DNA of 64,000 bases from Octopus sinensis (lineage: Eukaryota): assembly GCF_006345805.1 (NCBI RefSeq), contig NW_021835962.1, positions 1-64,000 of the forward strand, read 5' to 3'. The notes beneath the pieces were generated by a model. That model worked only from the letters and a program-made list of their open reading frames with translations. It searched no databases and was not told where the DNA came from. Made by a program: the position numbers and the translations under genes. This document shows, piece after piece, positions 1 to 11,877 of this stretch (its first letter is position 1; every line of letters begins with the position of its first letter).

Positions 1-149
1 CCTGTTCTCCTAGCAATTCTTTAGCACAGCTCAAACATTGCTGGCTTCACCAGACGTTCTGCAAGTATGTGGCTTTCCAACGATTAGCAAACCTTCAACT
101 CCTGCAAAACTGACTTTTAGTGCTTGTTAAAATGCTCATTTGCTTTTTT

Positions 150-325
150 AATGCAGAATTTTCTAAAGTTTTCCCGACAAAAAAATTAAAAAAGTATTTT
201 ATACATTTTAGTTAAAAAAAACAACTACGATGTCCCAGACTCACATAATAAGGTCCTTAAAGTATCGATAGCAATCCTGCAAGGTAACTCGCTTGCAATC
301 CGCGGTGCGGCCAATGGCTAATCTT
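150..325 (+). repeat. Diverged copy of the 95-bp unit seen at 58075-58321, followed by a Helitron-like 3' end
   Basis: aacaactacgatgtcccagactcacataataaggtccttaaa aligns to aacaactacgatgttctcgacttacatgatgaggtccttaaa (58145-58185). It is followed by GC-rich ccgcggtgcggccaatggctaat, resembling a hairpin plus CTRR end. Confidence 0.5.
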
Positions 326-835
326 AATTTATGTTAACTTTTTTTCCTCAATTGACACAATTGACCTGCTACTTTGATTCAAAAATAACGGTTTGTCATG
401 GAACAAGTCAGTAATTAACACTCGTATGTGATGAACTAGTCAAAGTTTTGGAGGAACACAAAGAATAAAATTATATAGACGTGGTTGAGAGTCCAGCTTC
501 ATTAATCGCACCCGAATCGATGAAATGCCCGAATCTTGTCCAAAACAGAAATTTATTCTTTGCAGAAAATTCAATGTGTTCCCACTGCATGAGTTAGAAA
601 AAAACCGTCAACCTCCGTGCCACTAGATGTGAGAAAATGTTTCATTAAAGAGATCAAAGCACTTTCGAATAAGGAGTTGCAAGCCTAATTTTTTTTCGAC
701 AAGATAAGAAATCGCAATTTTCTGATTGAAATAGGATAAAGAAAAATTTACTACAAGTCGAGATTGAAAAAATGTGAAAATACGACTTTTTATCCTAAGT
801 GAAAGGATACTATCCGTGAGATAAAGAAAACACAA

Positions 836-2696
836 AGCCACAAAGTTATTGGGATCTGAATTACGCCCAATACAACTTGGAGTCGGTGTCAGTGGCGGCT
901 GTGAAGCCGCAGTCCATGCAACAAGGCAGTTCATCTCTGCCTCGCAAAATCAACCGAATAATTCTCATCTTTTAATCAAACTGGACTTGATTGACGCTTT
1001 TAACAGCGTCCGTCGTGACGTAATCTTTGAATCTATCATCTGTCGTTCACCTTTTATTGCTCGTCTGGTCGCTTTGGCCTACGGTCGACCCAGCCTCCTT
1101 ATCGATGGCGACCACTCAATCTCTTCCTGCAACGGGGTCCAACAAGGCGATCCTCTGGGTCCTCTCCTTTACGCCCTGGCAATCGATCCCGTTGCCAGAG
1201 GTGTATCCTCCGTTTTCAATGCTTGGTATCTGGACGATGCTACTATCGGAGGTACACTCGAATCCGTTCTCGACGATCTGAGAACTTTAATCCCGGCATT
1301 ACACGCAATTGGCCTCGATATCAATTCCCGAAAATCTGAAATCTTTAACATCAGTTATGATGTTCACCGTTTCTCTGTTGCCCATTGTTCTATCGAGTCA
1401 TTACTTTCTAACATCCATGTCACTTCGCCCGGAAATCTCAAGATTCTGGGTTCCCCGATTTTTCACTCCGGTGTTGTTTCTACCTTATCAGAAAAAACAT
1501 CAAACCTTGCGTCAATGTCCTGTAATCTTGGTATCATCGATTCCCATTCGGCCCTGTTCTTATTGAGGAACTGTTTCGCCATTCCTAAACTACTGCTTAC
1601 CCTCAGAAGCGCACCATGCTTTGCCAATCCCGAGAGTCTTTCCAGATTCGACCATGCCCTTAGGACTTGCCTCGAATCAATATGTAATGCACCATTCGAC
1701 GATCTTGGCTGGGAACAGGCAATACTCCCTATCAGTCATGGCGGCATCGGTGCGCACTCAGCCACTGACCTTTCTTTGCCAGCATTCCTTTCCTCCACAC
1801 ATGCCACGAGCACCCTTGTCCAAGAGATTCTCCAACCCTTTTCCGAATCTTCTTTGGACACAGAGTCAGTCGCCGCAAAAAGCCGCTGGCTTGGGTTGTC
1901 TCTTGAGCTCACTCAGAATCCGCACGCACAGGTCGAATGGGACAGGATCCTCTGCGACCAGAAGTTGAACAACCTCAAGCCTAAGCTTAACCAACATCGC
2001 TTGGCTTGCTTATTGGCTGCCTCACAACCATATTCGAAGGCTTGGTTGACCGCTATTCCAATGGGTTCTATTGGAACCTTATTGGACGATGATTGCCTGA
2101 GGATCGGCATATCACTGCGCCTAGGACTGAACGTATGCCGGGAACACCGGTGTCGCTGTGGATCGACCGTTGACCCCTTTGGATTGCACCCGTTATCGTG
2201 CCTAAGAAGTTTCGGACGCTTCCCTCGACATACTGCTCTGAACGACATAGTCAAGCGGACTCTGGAAACTGCCGGATTCCCTTCACAGCTGGAACCGGTC
2301 GGGCTGGCTCGGAAGGATGGTAAACGTCCTGATGGTCTAACGACCTTCCCATTTGAAAATGGCAAGTCTCTCATCTGGGACGCTACTTGCACGGATACCT
2401 TCTCCGCCGGGAACATCTTGACGTCAGCTTCAGAGCCGGGCTCCGCAGCCAACCTGGCCGAAACGCTAAAAATCAAGAAATACAGTGCATTATCTCACCG
2501 CCATATCTTTGCCCCGATCGCAGTGGAGACATCGGGAGTCCTCGGCCCCATAACTAAAAAATTCCTTATTAAACTGGGGGATTTGGCAAGCAGAAGAAGA
2601 AATGATCATCGGGAACGGACATGGCTTTTCCAACGCATATCAATAGCCATCTTGCGTGGGAATTGCCATTCCATCTTATCCTCTGCTTCTAATTAA
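836..2696 (+). mobile_element. CRE-clade non-LTR retrotransposon, 5'-truncated, uninterrupted RT + restriction-like endonuclease ORF (849-2696)
   Basis: RT motifs KLDLIDAFNSV, QQGDPLGP, WYLDD. RLE region CRCG..D..G.HPLSC, RH..LND, DGKRPDG, WDATC, and C-terminal WLFQRISIAILRGN. Confidence 0.9.
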
Positions 2697-2773
2697 ATAC
2701 TAAATAACAGAATCTTTTAATTAGCGGATTTGGATAGAATTCTTTTGTATTCTCCCTTTATGACTATTCATAC

Positions 2774-2870
2774 CAGTTGTTCCCAACCTGGGTTCCGGAA
2801 ACCCCTGCCATGGTCTGGTGTCAAAAAATATTTCATTTTATTTATGCGAGTCAGGGTTTTCACTTTAGCC
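2774..2870 (+). mobile_element. hAT (Buster/Charlie-type) left-end remnant
   Basis: CAGTTGTTCCCAACCTGGGTTCC resembles Buster-type TIRs such as CAGGGGTTCTCAACC at 44877. No partner end found. Confidence 0.4.
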
Positions 2871-2919
2871 AAAACAAAATGTAGAAATAAACTTAATGCT
2901 TCACATGATATAAAGATAC

Positions 2920-3480
2920 AGTTGTCAACAATAACTCCTAACATTGCACAACTATGCTAAGATAACAGATTACCTTAATGTTCACATTAAAAAGGTGTTT
3001 CAGTTGCTTTTAGGTTTTGTCGACTTAATAAACCTCTCATACGCACAGTGTCCAATGTATATAATATCGGTAATTTCATTAATGTTCAAGCCTGGGGTGG
3101 AATTAATATATTCTCTTATGGATGTGTCGAACCCAGCCAGAATATTCATTTTAAAGTTTTCTTTAGGATTTTCCTCGTTGGGATTTAGTAATTCCTCCCA
3201 TTTTTCTTGATTCTTTTCATCTAAGAAAAAAATTCATCGCAGCATCTCTTGAACATCGAGACCATTTCCTTCTTCAGTTTGTCAGTTTCACTTTGGATAG
3301 ATGCAAGCATGCTTTTGATATTTATCACAGATTTTTGTGTTTAAATTTTGATTTAAAAGCATGAGTAATCAGGTTCTAGGCTCCACGGAGAATCCTCTCA
3401 AATATTAATTTTGCAGTTTTGGCAACGTCTGAGCTCCATTGCTTCTTTTCCTCAAGACTGACTCAATAAATTAATGCACG
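2920..3480 (-). mobile_element. Degraded N-terminal region of an R4/Dong-like RLE retroelement
   Basis: Minus-strand peptide NINEITDIIYIGHCAYERFIKSTKPKSN resembles the pre-RT region of this family as I recall it. Many stops. Confidence 0.35.
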
Positions 3481-3720
3481 TAGAGAGATCAAATGCAATG
3501 CCAAATTTTATCCAAAGCATACATACAGTTGATAACAATCAAAAAAAATATACAAGTTGAACAGTGATAATCTGAAATCAGTAACTATAATTATCAAGTT
3601 GTAAAGGAAACCAATTACTTTTTTGCAAAAAACAGCAGTGAGTGTCAATTACTTATTATAAGAATTATGAAATTTTTTAATTTTTTATTCTTAAATATGC
3701 CTTTATTTTTAGCATTAATA

Positions 3721-5012
3721 CAGTCCGACCTCGATTTGGAACAGACCTCGGAATTGGAACAACCTCAGTTTTTGGAACACTTTGTAGGATCTCTGCCTAG
3801 AATAAATAATTCCTTTTAAATGAAAACCTCGATTTGGAACAAAAATTTATTATTATTTATTTCTAGTCATTAAAAAAACTCCACGCTAAATCATTATGGG
3901 TCTCAGTTACGAGAAAAAGGTTGAAATTGCTCGACAACTAAAAAGTCATTCACACAGAGTACTTGCTCAAAAATATGAAACGAGCATTGGCACAATTGCT
4001 CGAATAAAAAAAACGATTACGCCGCAAATAACCTCTGGGAACATTATTCCAAATTTTCGGACTGAAACAAAAACTGACGATATTTTTAAAACATTGGATA
4101 GTAAAGTTCTCGACGTTTTTCAACAATTGATAAGAGGACCTAAAAATTTGGTCCTTTAATAATCGGGAAATTTAAAAATCCCACATGTTTCAGAAATTTT
4201 AACCTTGAGGATTATGGTGCTATGTACTCATCTTCCAAAAATGCCTGGATGACAAGAGATATTTTTATTCAATGGTTATTCTTAGTGAATGAACGAATGA
4301 AGATGGAAAAGAGAAAAATTTTAATAATTCTTGGTAACGCTTCGTGTCATGAAAATAAATCGCTCTCAAATATCGAATTGTTGTTTTTACCCAAAAATAC
4401 AACTCCAATTCTTCAACCATTGGATAATGGGATAATCAAAGCTTTTAAAGATAATTATTCGAAGGCGTTAATTGAATTTATTTGTTGTATAGATGAAGAA
4501 GATTTTTACTGCGACTTACTTAAAAAAATTAATTTACGCCAATCATTGGCAAAATGTATCCTCCGAAATAATTACAAATTGTTGGGATAATACTTTCGGC
4601 AATGAAATATTTGTTGTTTCTGATAATCTGACGGATGATGTTATAGAACAAGTTGTAGACGAAGTGTTGGAAAATACGGAAAGCAGCGATAATGAAGAAA
4701 TTTTTTACAGTGGTATGCAAAATAAACAGACTACGGTCAAAGAAGTAGTAACAAAAGTGAATGAATTGGAAGAATCAGTTCTAGACATAGCTCCAATTTT
4801 GTTAAATGATTTTTACTGTTTCAGACAAAAATTGTTCAGTAGTTTGAAGAAAAATTATGGTTATGGAAAAAGGATCGATGACTATTTTTCAATAAATAAT
4901 AATACTTAAGACCTTTTTTCATTAATTAAATTATTAAATTTATATTGATATTAATTTTTTGACAAAACCTCAGTTTTTGGAACACTTAGTGTTCCAATTC
5001 AAGGTCGGACTG
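3721..5012 (+). mobile_element. pogo/Tigger DNA transposon, internally deleted, both TIRs present
   Basis: TIRs CAGTCCGACCTCGATTTGGAACA and TGTTCCAATTCAAGGTCGGACTG with TA on both flanks. HTH N-terminus (3896-4159) and DDE_1 pieces KNAWMT, ILGNASCH, LQPLDNGIIK (4222-4590). Confidence 0.9.
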
Positions 5013-5249
5013 TATTTTGTTACATCGCGAGTGTGCATTAAGGTGGTTTTCCTCCTTTGGTACAGTTGGATGTAGATAAGTCTCTACAGGCTTATATACA
5101 AACTAATAAAAATATTTTTAATAAATTACAATTAAAAAACACTTCTAGTTAATCACAAAATATATTTATAAAATTTCATTTTATGCAATGTACATTTTCA
5201 GACTAATGCCTCCTACCGACTCTCCTGCTCAGTCCCCGGCCAAGTTCGC

Positions 5250-6600
5250 TGGATTGCCTTAATTGAGGGACAAGTTTGTGCAAACATACACTTTGCAGGG
5301 AAAAATAATAGTCATTAATCAGCACATTCTTTTCTACCAATTGACATTCGACAGCTTGTCTTTGCTCACTCAGTCTGACTGGTGTGCCTCACGATACAGG
5401 ACTGGCGAAGTTATCACAGCAATATGGCCACCCAGGAGTTGCTATTTGCCTTGGAAGAACACAGAAATGCGGAGATGACCATCCTTGAGGACATGCGGTG
5501 TTGGAAAACAGTCAAATATTCAGAGAAAATTTAGCCCAAGTCCGTCCTTTGTAGACTCTTTTCTTTCAAAGTAATGACAGGTACTGGCAAAGTTGTGCCA
5601 TAACTATTTGGTGATGATTCTCTTATATTCTTTTTCTAGTTCAAAAGTCCTTTTCCTTGGTTCAACTTTGTTCCTGTAAGAAACAATCGTGCTTTTGAGA
5701 GTTTTGTATGTATGTTCTCTCTCACTTATGTTAGAAAAACGTGCATATTGTAAAAATTTTTGAGAGCTCTTAATTATTTTGGTAATTTATCAAAGTCTTT
5801 TTTGAATTAATCCAGTGTGCAAAATTGTTTTGGTTATCTAAGTTTTGGTGCCTGTGTTCTTTCCCGCAGAGGAGACAACGGAGTTTTTCCGAGCATCTGT
5901 AGGACGTATGTCCAAACTGATTGCAACGGAAGCATCTCGTTGCTGAGGGCTTGTGCCATTCGCAGCGGATATGGCTGAAGCCCGCAGTTATTCCAAAGCG
6001 GATGAGGGTGTTGGCCTCGGCTCTGGAATCCAGCGTGAGTCTGCCGACAGGCATGTCGGTTCCATTGCGAGAGAATCTTTCGAACTTGAATTCCGATTCT
6101 AGACTTTCTCTCAAGTGGAGGTTAAGATCCTCTGTCGAGATCCAATGAGGGATTCCTTTAAGGACCAAGACTGAGGCCTTCTCAGCTACTGAGGCAAGTT
6201 TATGGCCGCCTTCGCCAAACATATTCGATTGAGACAGCTCTGCTTTGAAAGCAGCAGCATCCTCGGGCGATCTGAATTTTAGAATGAAGGTGCCGGACTT
6301 CTGTAAAGTTATCCGGGCTTTGGAAGCAGTTGGCGACTTGGATAGGAGGTTAAACCTCTTGATCTTTCCAAGTGCCGGGTTTTCGATACTCAGAGAATAT
6401 GTGAGGTTTGAGCTGTTAGGCTCAGTTGTCGTCTGGTGGCATTGGGTCTCACTGTGTTTTTTAGTCACAGTAGGGTTCGGATGTTCGGTGGGATATTCAG
6501 CTTTGATGGGTTCGCAAAAGGGCTGTGGCTTCGCCGCTGTTCGTCTTTGAACTTTGGAGCAAGCTTTGATTGATGAGAGATTTTGATTATTCTTGACCAT
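5250..6600 (-). mobile_element. APE-type LINE (Jockey/I-like): gag-like ORF1 (5770-6600) with zinc knuckles, then decayed ORF2 start
   Basis: RCFRCNQFGHTSYRC is a CCHC knuckle, followed by RCLLCGKEH. The downstream frame (about 5250-5650) has many stops and only weak endonuclease resemblance. Confidence 0.75.
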
Positions 6601-6619
6601 TTTTTTTCTTTTCCTTGAC

Positions 6620-7732
6620 CATGCAAATGGATTCTCACAGCAACTGTTGATTCGAGCAGAAACAACTAAACAGCCGGATGGGAGGATATCTCTTAATACG
6701 AACTCTGTTTTGATGAACTATTGAAATTATACCGCTAGGACGGGAGAAGATAATCCGCAAACCATAAAGAACATCCAAAGCGAAATTATATACGTTATGA
6801 TCATCGGTTTTTTTGCAATCAGGTTCTATGCAATCAAGGACAGTAGCTCCACAGACAAGGAAAGAGTAATTGCCCGCTTCAAGGAAGCCGCACAGGCTAT
6901 ATTTCCTCCAGGCATGGACAATAAATACAAGGTCGATTCTTATGGGATGTCGCAGTTTTATTACACCTATTTATAAGGATGCGAATTAGACCAAATTGGC
7001 GCCATTCTTGACATGACGTTGTTACCACCAAACACGCATTCTCATTCGCCGATAAGGCTTGGCCTTGTAACATTATTTAATCGCTCAAATGCTTTGGCAG
7101 AACATGTGTGTACACTCTGCGAAAAATGGAAGCAGAATAGTCACATAATCTATCACTGTTTGGCTACACAAGAATTAATAGACGAATCACTGCAAGTGAG
7201 ATCTATTTTCTCTTATTACAACTCCAACCTTGTCCCTATAGTGTACCAAAATGCTTTGGGACTCATCTCCTCTAGCATATTATCTGCTTCTAAATTGCCA
7301 GCATTTTACACCTTTTTATCTACTCTGGTCTCATTAGTTGTGGACAAAAGGTTATTCTTAATACGGATTAACACCCCGTATGAGACCGCCATCTTTAATG
7401 CTTGTGTACTCTACTTCACTCATGAAGGGCCTGAAGAATTAAATGAACAAGTGTTTATAGATCATGAAGCTTTCTTAAATGCTATTCATACCTCGGAAAT
7501 GAGTAAGAATTATGGTGATGAAGGCGACTCAGAAATTAACGACATGCCAAGAGAAATGATTGATTTGCTTAAACGACCAGACATAGGCTCTGTTTATACA
7601 GAGTTGAAAAGAAAAGTAGAAAGTGACTCCAATTTACTTAACATGAATATAATATGCAGAAAAGTAAAAACAAGAATGAAACTCCATCCTTTTTTAACGG
7701 CGATATTGTGTTTTAGCGTCTTAAAATCATAA
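6620..7732 (+). pseudogene. Intronless orphan reading frame (~370 codons, two in-frame stops); possible endogenous negative-strand RNA virus nucleoprotein
   Basis: One frame is open from about 6620 to TAA 7730-7732 except TGA 6722-6724 and TAA 6974-6976; it includes ORF 7013-7732. No TE or host motif recognised. Viral identity is only a pattern impression. Confidence 0.4.
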
Positions 7733-8935
7733 GGGACCAATTTTGATTAGAAATCGCAACTAAATTAATATTATTTTTTAAAAATTATTATGATTATCAA
7801 AATAATTATTATCTGCAACGCTTTAACAGTATTTTTGAATGATGTCTCGTGGAAGGCCGTCTGCATCGACTATTATTGTTAATAATACTCAACCAACATA
7901 TGATTTGTTACTATTTGAATTGAATCACCGAGATTTTGTGGAAATAACAATGACCATGCAAGATACGGTCAATTGGTTGGCTCAATATCAGCTAATCAAA
8001 AATTCGATGAAATGCGAAAACTGCAGCACGGATTGCCGTCTTCTTTCCCGACTCGACAAATTAAAGTGGAAATGTAAAACATGCAATTTCTCAAAATCGA
8101 TTCGAGATGGCAGCTTTTTCTCACAAAGTCATCTTGAATTGAAGCAAATTTTGGACTATATCTATTTTTGGGCACTCAACTCAGAAACGATTATCTGCAG
8201 CAAAGAATCTCGATCAGACTTTAAAAAAACATCAATTGATTGGGGCAACTTTTTACGTGATGTATGCGTAAAGTGGGTCGAGGACCATCCTCTCGGTGGA
8301 ATTAACCCAGAAACTATGTTGCCAATTGTCGTAGAAGTGGATGAAACAAAATATTTTCATCGAAAATACGCAAGAGGTACCTGGCACGAAGGGCAGTGGG
8401 TTGTTGGTGGAAAAGAGAGGGGCAACCCTAGGAAAATTTTTCTGGTCGAAGTTCCTGATTGGAGTCGAGACACGCTGATTCCAATAATCCAAACTCATGT
8501 ACAGACGGATCGATTATCTGTACGGATTATTGGCCAGCCTACAATAGAATCGAATTGTTAGGATATTCCGATCATTTAAAAGTCAACCACAGCCGCAATT
8601 TTGTTGACCAGAACAATCTCTCCACACATACGCAGGGAATCGAGTCATTGTGGTCTCACGCCAAGAAAAAGCTAAAAAGGATGAATGGAACATCCCGTGT
8701 TCTTTTTAATTCTTATCTGGCGGAATTTGAATGGCGGTGGAGAAATGATACGTATCCCTGTGGAGGCGGGAATGCATTTATTAATAACTATTAATTCTCA
8801 GTATCCTTTGTCTTAATAATTCGAGTTTTTCACTGTTTTCATGTTTTACTAAGTTGCTGTAAAAATGTAGTTTTAAAAAATTTAACTTCAATGGAGAAAA
8901 ATATATTAATGAAAAGAATTGCTTTAGTTCCCTCA
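7733..8935 (+). mobile_element. Merlin (IS1595/ISXO2-like) DDE transposase, frameshifted (7839-8794)
   Basis: VEVDETKYFHRKYARG, QWVVGGKERG, IICTDYWPAYN, VNHSRNFVD, HTQGIESLWSHAKK, plus N-terminal CxxC zinc motifs. Ends are approximate. Confidence 0.85.
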
Positions 8936-9229
8936 CGGGCGAACACATTAGCGGAGGTGACTTGTAGTTGACGTGACGGAAGCACATTAGATTTAGAAAA
9001 TGAAGAGTGGGAAATTATTAAAAAAGTACTACAAATTTTTGAAAAGTGACTCACGTCCGGCGTGGCTCACGTCTGGACTGTGACAATATATAAGATTCAA
9101 ATATCACAAAAGTATAATAAGTAAAAAGGAGATAAAAAAACAAATCGAAAATATCACAAAAATATAAATAGATATAAGTAAAAAAGTAAATTAAAGGAAC
9201 AACTCGAAAAATATCACAAAAAGTATAAA

Positions 9230-9435
9230 TAAGTAAAAAAAGGAGATTGAAGGAATAAAATCAAAAAATATGACAAAAATGATGAACTTTCAGATAATTA
9301 AATCATTAAAAGAAAATACATCTTGTATATTCCTTCTGAATCCAATTAGAAATAAAAAATAATGCGTAGCAAATAATTAAGAGAGCACCACAAAGTAAAT
9401 CGACAGCGTGCTCACACGTGTCTTAATTTATTAGA
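9230..9435. repeat. Dispersed AT-rich repeat; second copy at 35575-35770
   Basis: Both loci share ttcagataattaaatcattaaaagaaa, cttctgaatccaatta and taatttattag. Confidence 0.7.
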
Positions 9436-9439
9436 TATT

Positions 9440-9990
9440 AGGCTAGTGATCGCTAAGTTTCTGAGTTAGATAAAAAGGCTTGTGAAGTCAGGATGACGAG
9501 CGGGATCCGCTTGATGTGTTTTGCTTCCGAATTTGAAAATTACTTAAAGAGACTCTTGTTTGGCTCCTAATCTTAATACACTGAACGTGCTCAGAGCCTA
9601 TCCGGTTTATGGAAAAACGGTTCTCATTCGGTATTGGCGTATATTTACCGACGGTACTTTTAACCGTCCATTTCCAACGCCTGCGGATAAGGGCACCGCA
9701 GCTATCGTGGTCCAACAGGAGGCGAATCGAGGATGTCCAACAAAGGGTCCACAGATTAACCGAACGTTGGTCGCACGATAACAAACGCTCGGATCTGGGT
9801 CCTCTGGAGGACCTGATGTAGCAGAATTTCAGATTGTTTGCGAATGCCGCGACAAATGCGGCCAGCCCCCCGGTGGGATCTTGTGTGGGCTCGTGGAAAA
9901 ATCACCGAGCAAGGATACGTTGAGTGCATCTGGATCACGTGATGTTTGTTCGGTTTTTACCGTGGTCTTGGTGTTTTAGTAATAATAATT
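9440..9990 (+). mobile_element. 3' end of an APE-type LINE (RT C-terminus, 3' UTR, (TAA)n tail)
   Basis: Peptide FQRLRIRAPQLSWSNRRRIED is post-RT-like. Ends in tagtaataataat. Shares a 20-nt 3' motif with 33935-33954. Confidence 0.55.
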
Positions 9991-10369
9991 TAAACTTATA
10001 ATTTTTGAAAGGCTCCTTGTGATCGTCTGATTAAATCGTTCAACAATTCCCTGACTCTTGGGATTGTTCTTCCATGTACTTCTTGAACACAAAACTCTGC
10101 ATAGATGATTAAAAACCTCAAACTCAGTGTCAGTGGACATTATTTAAATGAACTGTTCGAACATTTATTCAAATTTGCAAACTAAGCAACGATTTAAATT
10201 ATTAATGCTATTCAATGAATTCATCTTTATAACAAAAAAAATTTATGTTAAAAAAAATTTATATAATAATAAATTTTGTGATATTACATTAATTTTATGT
10301 TAAACACATTTTTTATTTTTAAATTTCAAATCGTTCTAATCATAATTCACCAAGTACATCCCCTGACAC

Positions 10370-11612
10370 AAATAAAATGCCCATTGCCAAATTCAGATGA
10401 AAGCAGGGAGCATAAATTCTGCTGGGGCGAGTCCGTAGTTGTCTTGCTGTGTTTGATTCGATGAAAAGACCCGTATATTTGTTCTAATCAAACATAGAAA
10501 CATGAAGAATGCGCTGACAATGTCAATTGTGCCACGTTTTCACAGATAAAATACACGTGATCAACAAATGTGGCAGTTTCAAAACAAGTGAGGAGACCAT
10601 CATGTGTTGCTGTAGCGAAGACTGTCCTGTGCAATGGCCTCTCAACACCACCAAAATTATAAATAACACAGAAATCATCAAACGTGAGTACAACTCAATG
10701 AAACTTTTTGTAATCATTTTTGCATTTTTAAGTATCTTTACAATTATTGGTGTCTATCTAAATCACAAATGGAATGAGCCACGTAGAAACACTCAAGACT
10801 ATAAGAATATATTGCGAAAATCAAGAAAACTGTATTTAATTAAACCAAAACAATTAACTAATCTGAAAGTATTATTATGTATATTTACGCTACAGTTCCT
10901 ATTAAATGAAAATGGAATTTTACATGGGAAATTTGGCAATCATGACGTGGCTATTAAAAGATACGCGAACAGCGATTTATTTCACAATGAGCTGACAATA
11001 TTTGGGTATCTTTCCATTTCAAAGGACCACCGGCAACACTGCGTAGGCTGTGTTGGTTTTACAGAATCTCCTCAATTACTATTGACAGAGTATCACAGCC
11101 AAGCATCACTGTCCTGGCACATACATAATGTAGCAAACTGGGTTTTATTCGTAGAAAAATTCAAATCCTGGAAACCTACTTTGGTTGATAGCATGTGCCG
11201 CAACTTCTGTGGCTTATATTCATTCGCGTTCGATAGTTCACAGAGACATAAACCTGACAACTTTCTGGTATCAGATGACTGCAAGAATGTCGTTCTCTGT
11301 GACTTTGAATTTGCCCATTGCTTCAAGCTACCTCAGGAGAGTCGTCTTTGTCATTCAAAAGTGGGATCCCCTGCATACATGGCGCCCGAGTTGTGGGAAG
11401 GGAATATAAACTATCGACTGGATAGCTACATACTCGTCGATATCTACGCTTTTGGGTGTATGATCAAGGAGGCGTTGGAGGCAAATACCAGTTGGAATTA
11501 CAGACAGATTATTGAACAGTGCCGGGATGATTGTCTCATTCATGATGTTCATTTCAGGCTCTCCTCTGCTGATATCATTGCTAAAATATTTATTGGTTTA
11601 TGTGGAGAATAA
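10370..11612 (+). pseudogene. Type II TGF-beta/activin-receptor-like Ser/Thr kinase, frameshifted or mis-assembled
   Basis: Cys-rich ectodomain ending CCCSEDC, a TM helix, VAIK, HRDI(K)PDNFL, CDFEF and VGSPAYMAPELWEGNINY..D....VDIYAFG. GT-AG introns at 10473-10497, 10869-10895, 11130-11154. One-nt frameshifts near 10435, 10525 and 11250. Confidence 0.75.
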
Positions 11613-11877
11613 TATATCACCGTTTTACTCTATAATGTAGAGACCTTGTTCTTCATTAAGGATATTTTTGGACTTCAAAAAAGCAAGCAGGCATAATTCA
11701 TTCGTCAACAAAAAATGATTTAAAATCAATTATTCCTTTTTTGAAGATAGAATATAATAGTTTTTTATTTGTTCAAGAAAAACCACTAAAATATTTTTAT
11801 AATTTTAGAATATTTTTATTATTTTTTAAATGATTAATTAACCTCTTTTAATATAATAATTTAGTTTATTTTCCATA

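Noticed and set aside
623-2476. Short ORFs overlapping the CRE ORF (also those at 24288-26228)
   Set aside because: They are alternative-frame or antisense shadows of GC-rich RT coding sequence.
6930-6980. Mini-intron removing the stop at 6974 in the orphan ORF
   Set aside because: The candidate GT-AG pairs (23, 29 and 46 nt) all shift the frame, so the stop is treated as a mutation.
7733-8935. TIRs and TSD for the first Merlin element (GGGACC../..GTTCCC)
   Set aside because: The match is limited to a few bases and the flanks show no duplication.
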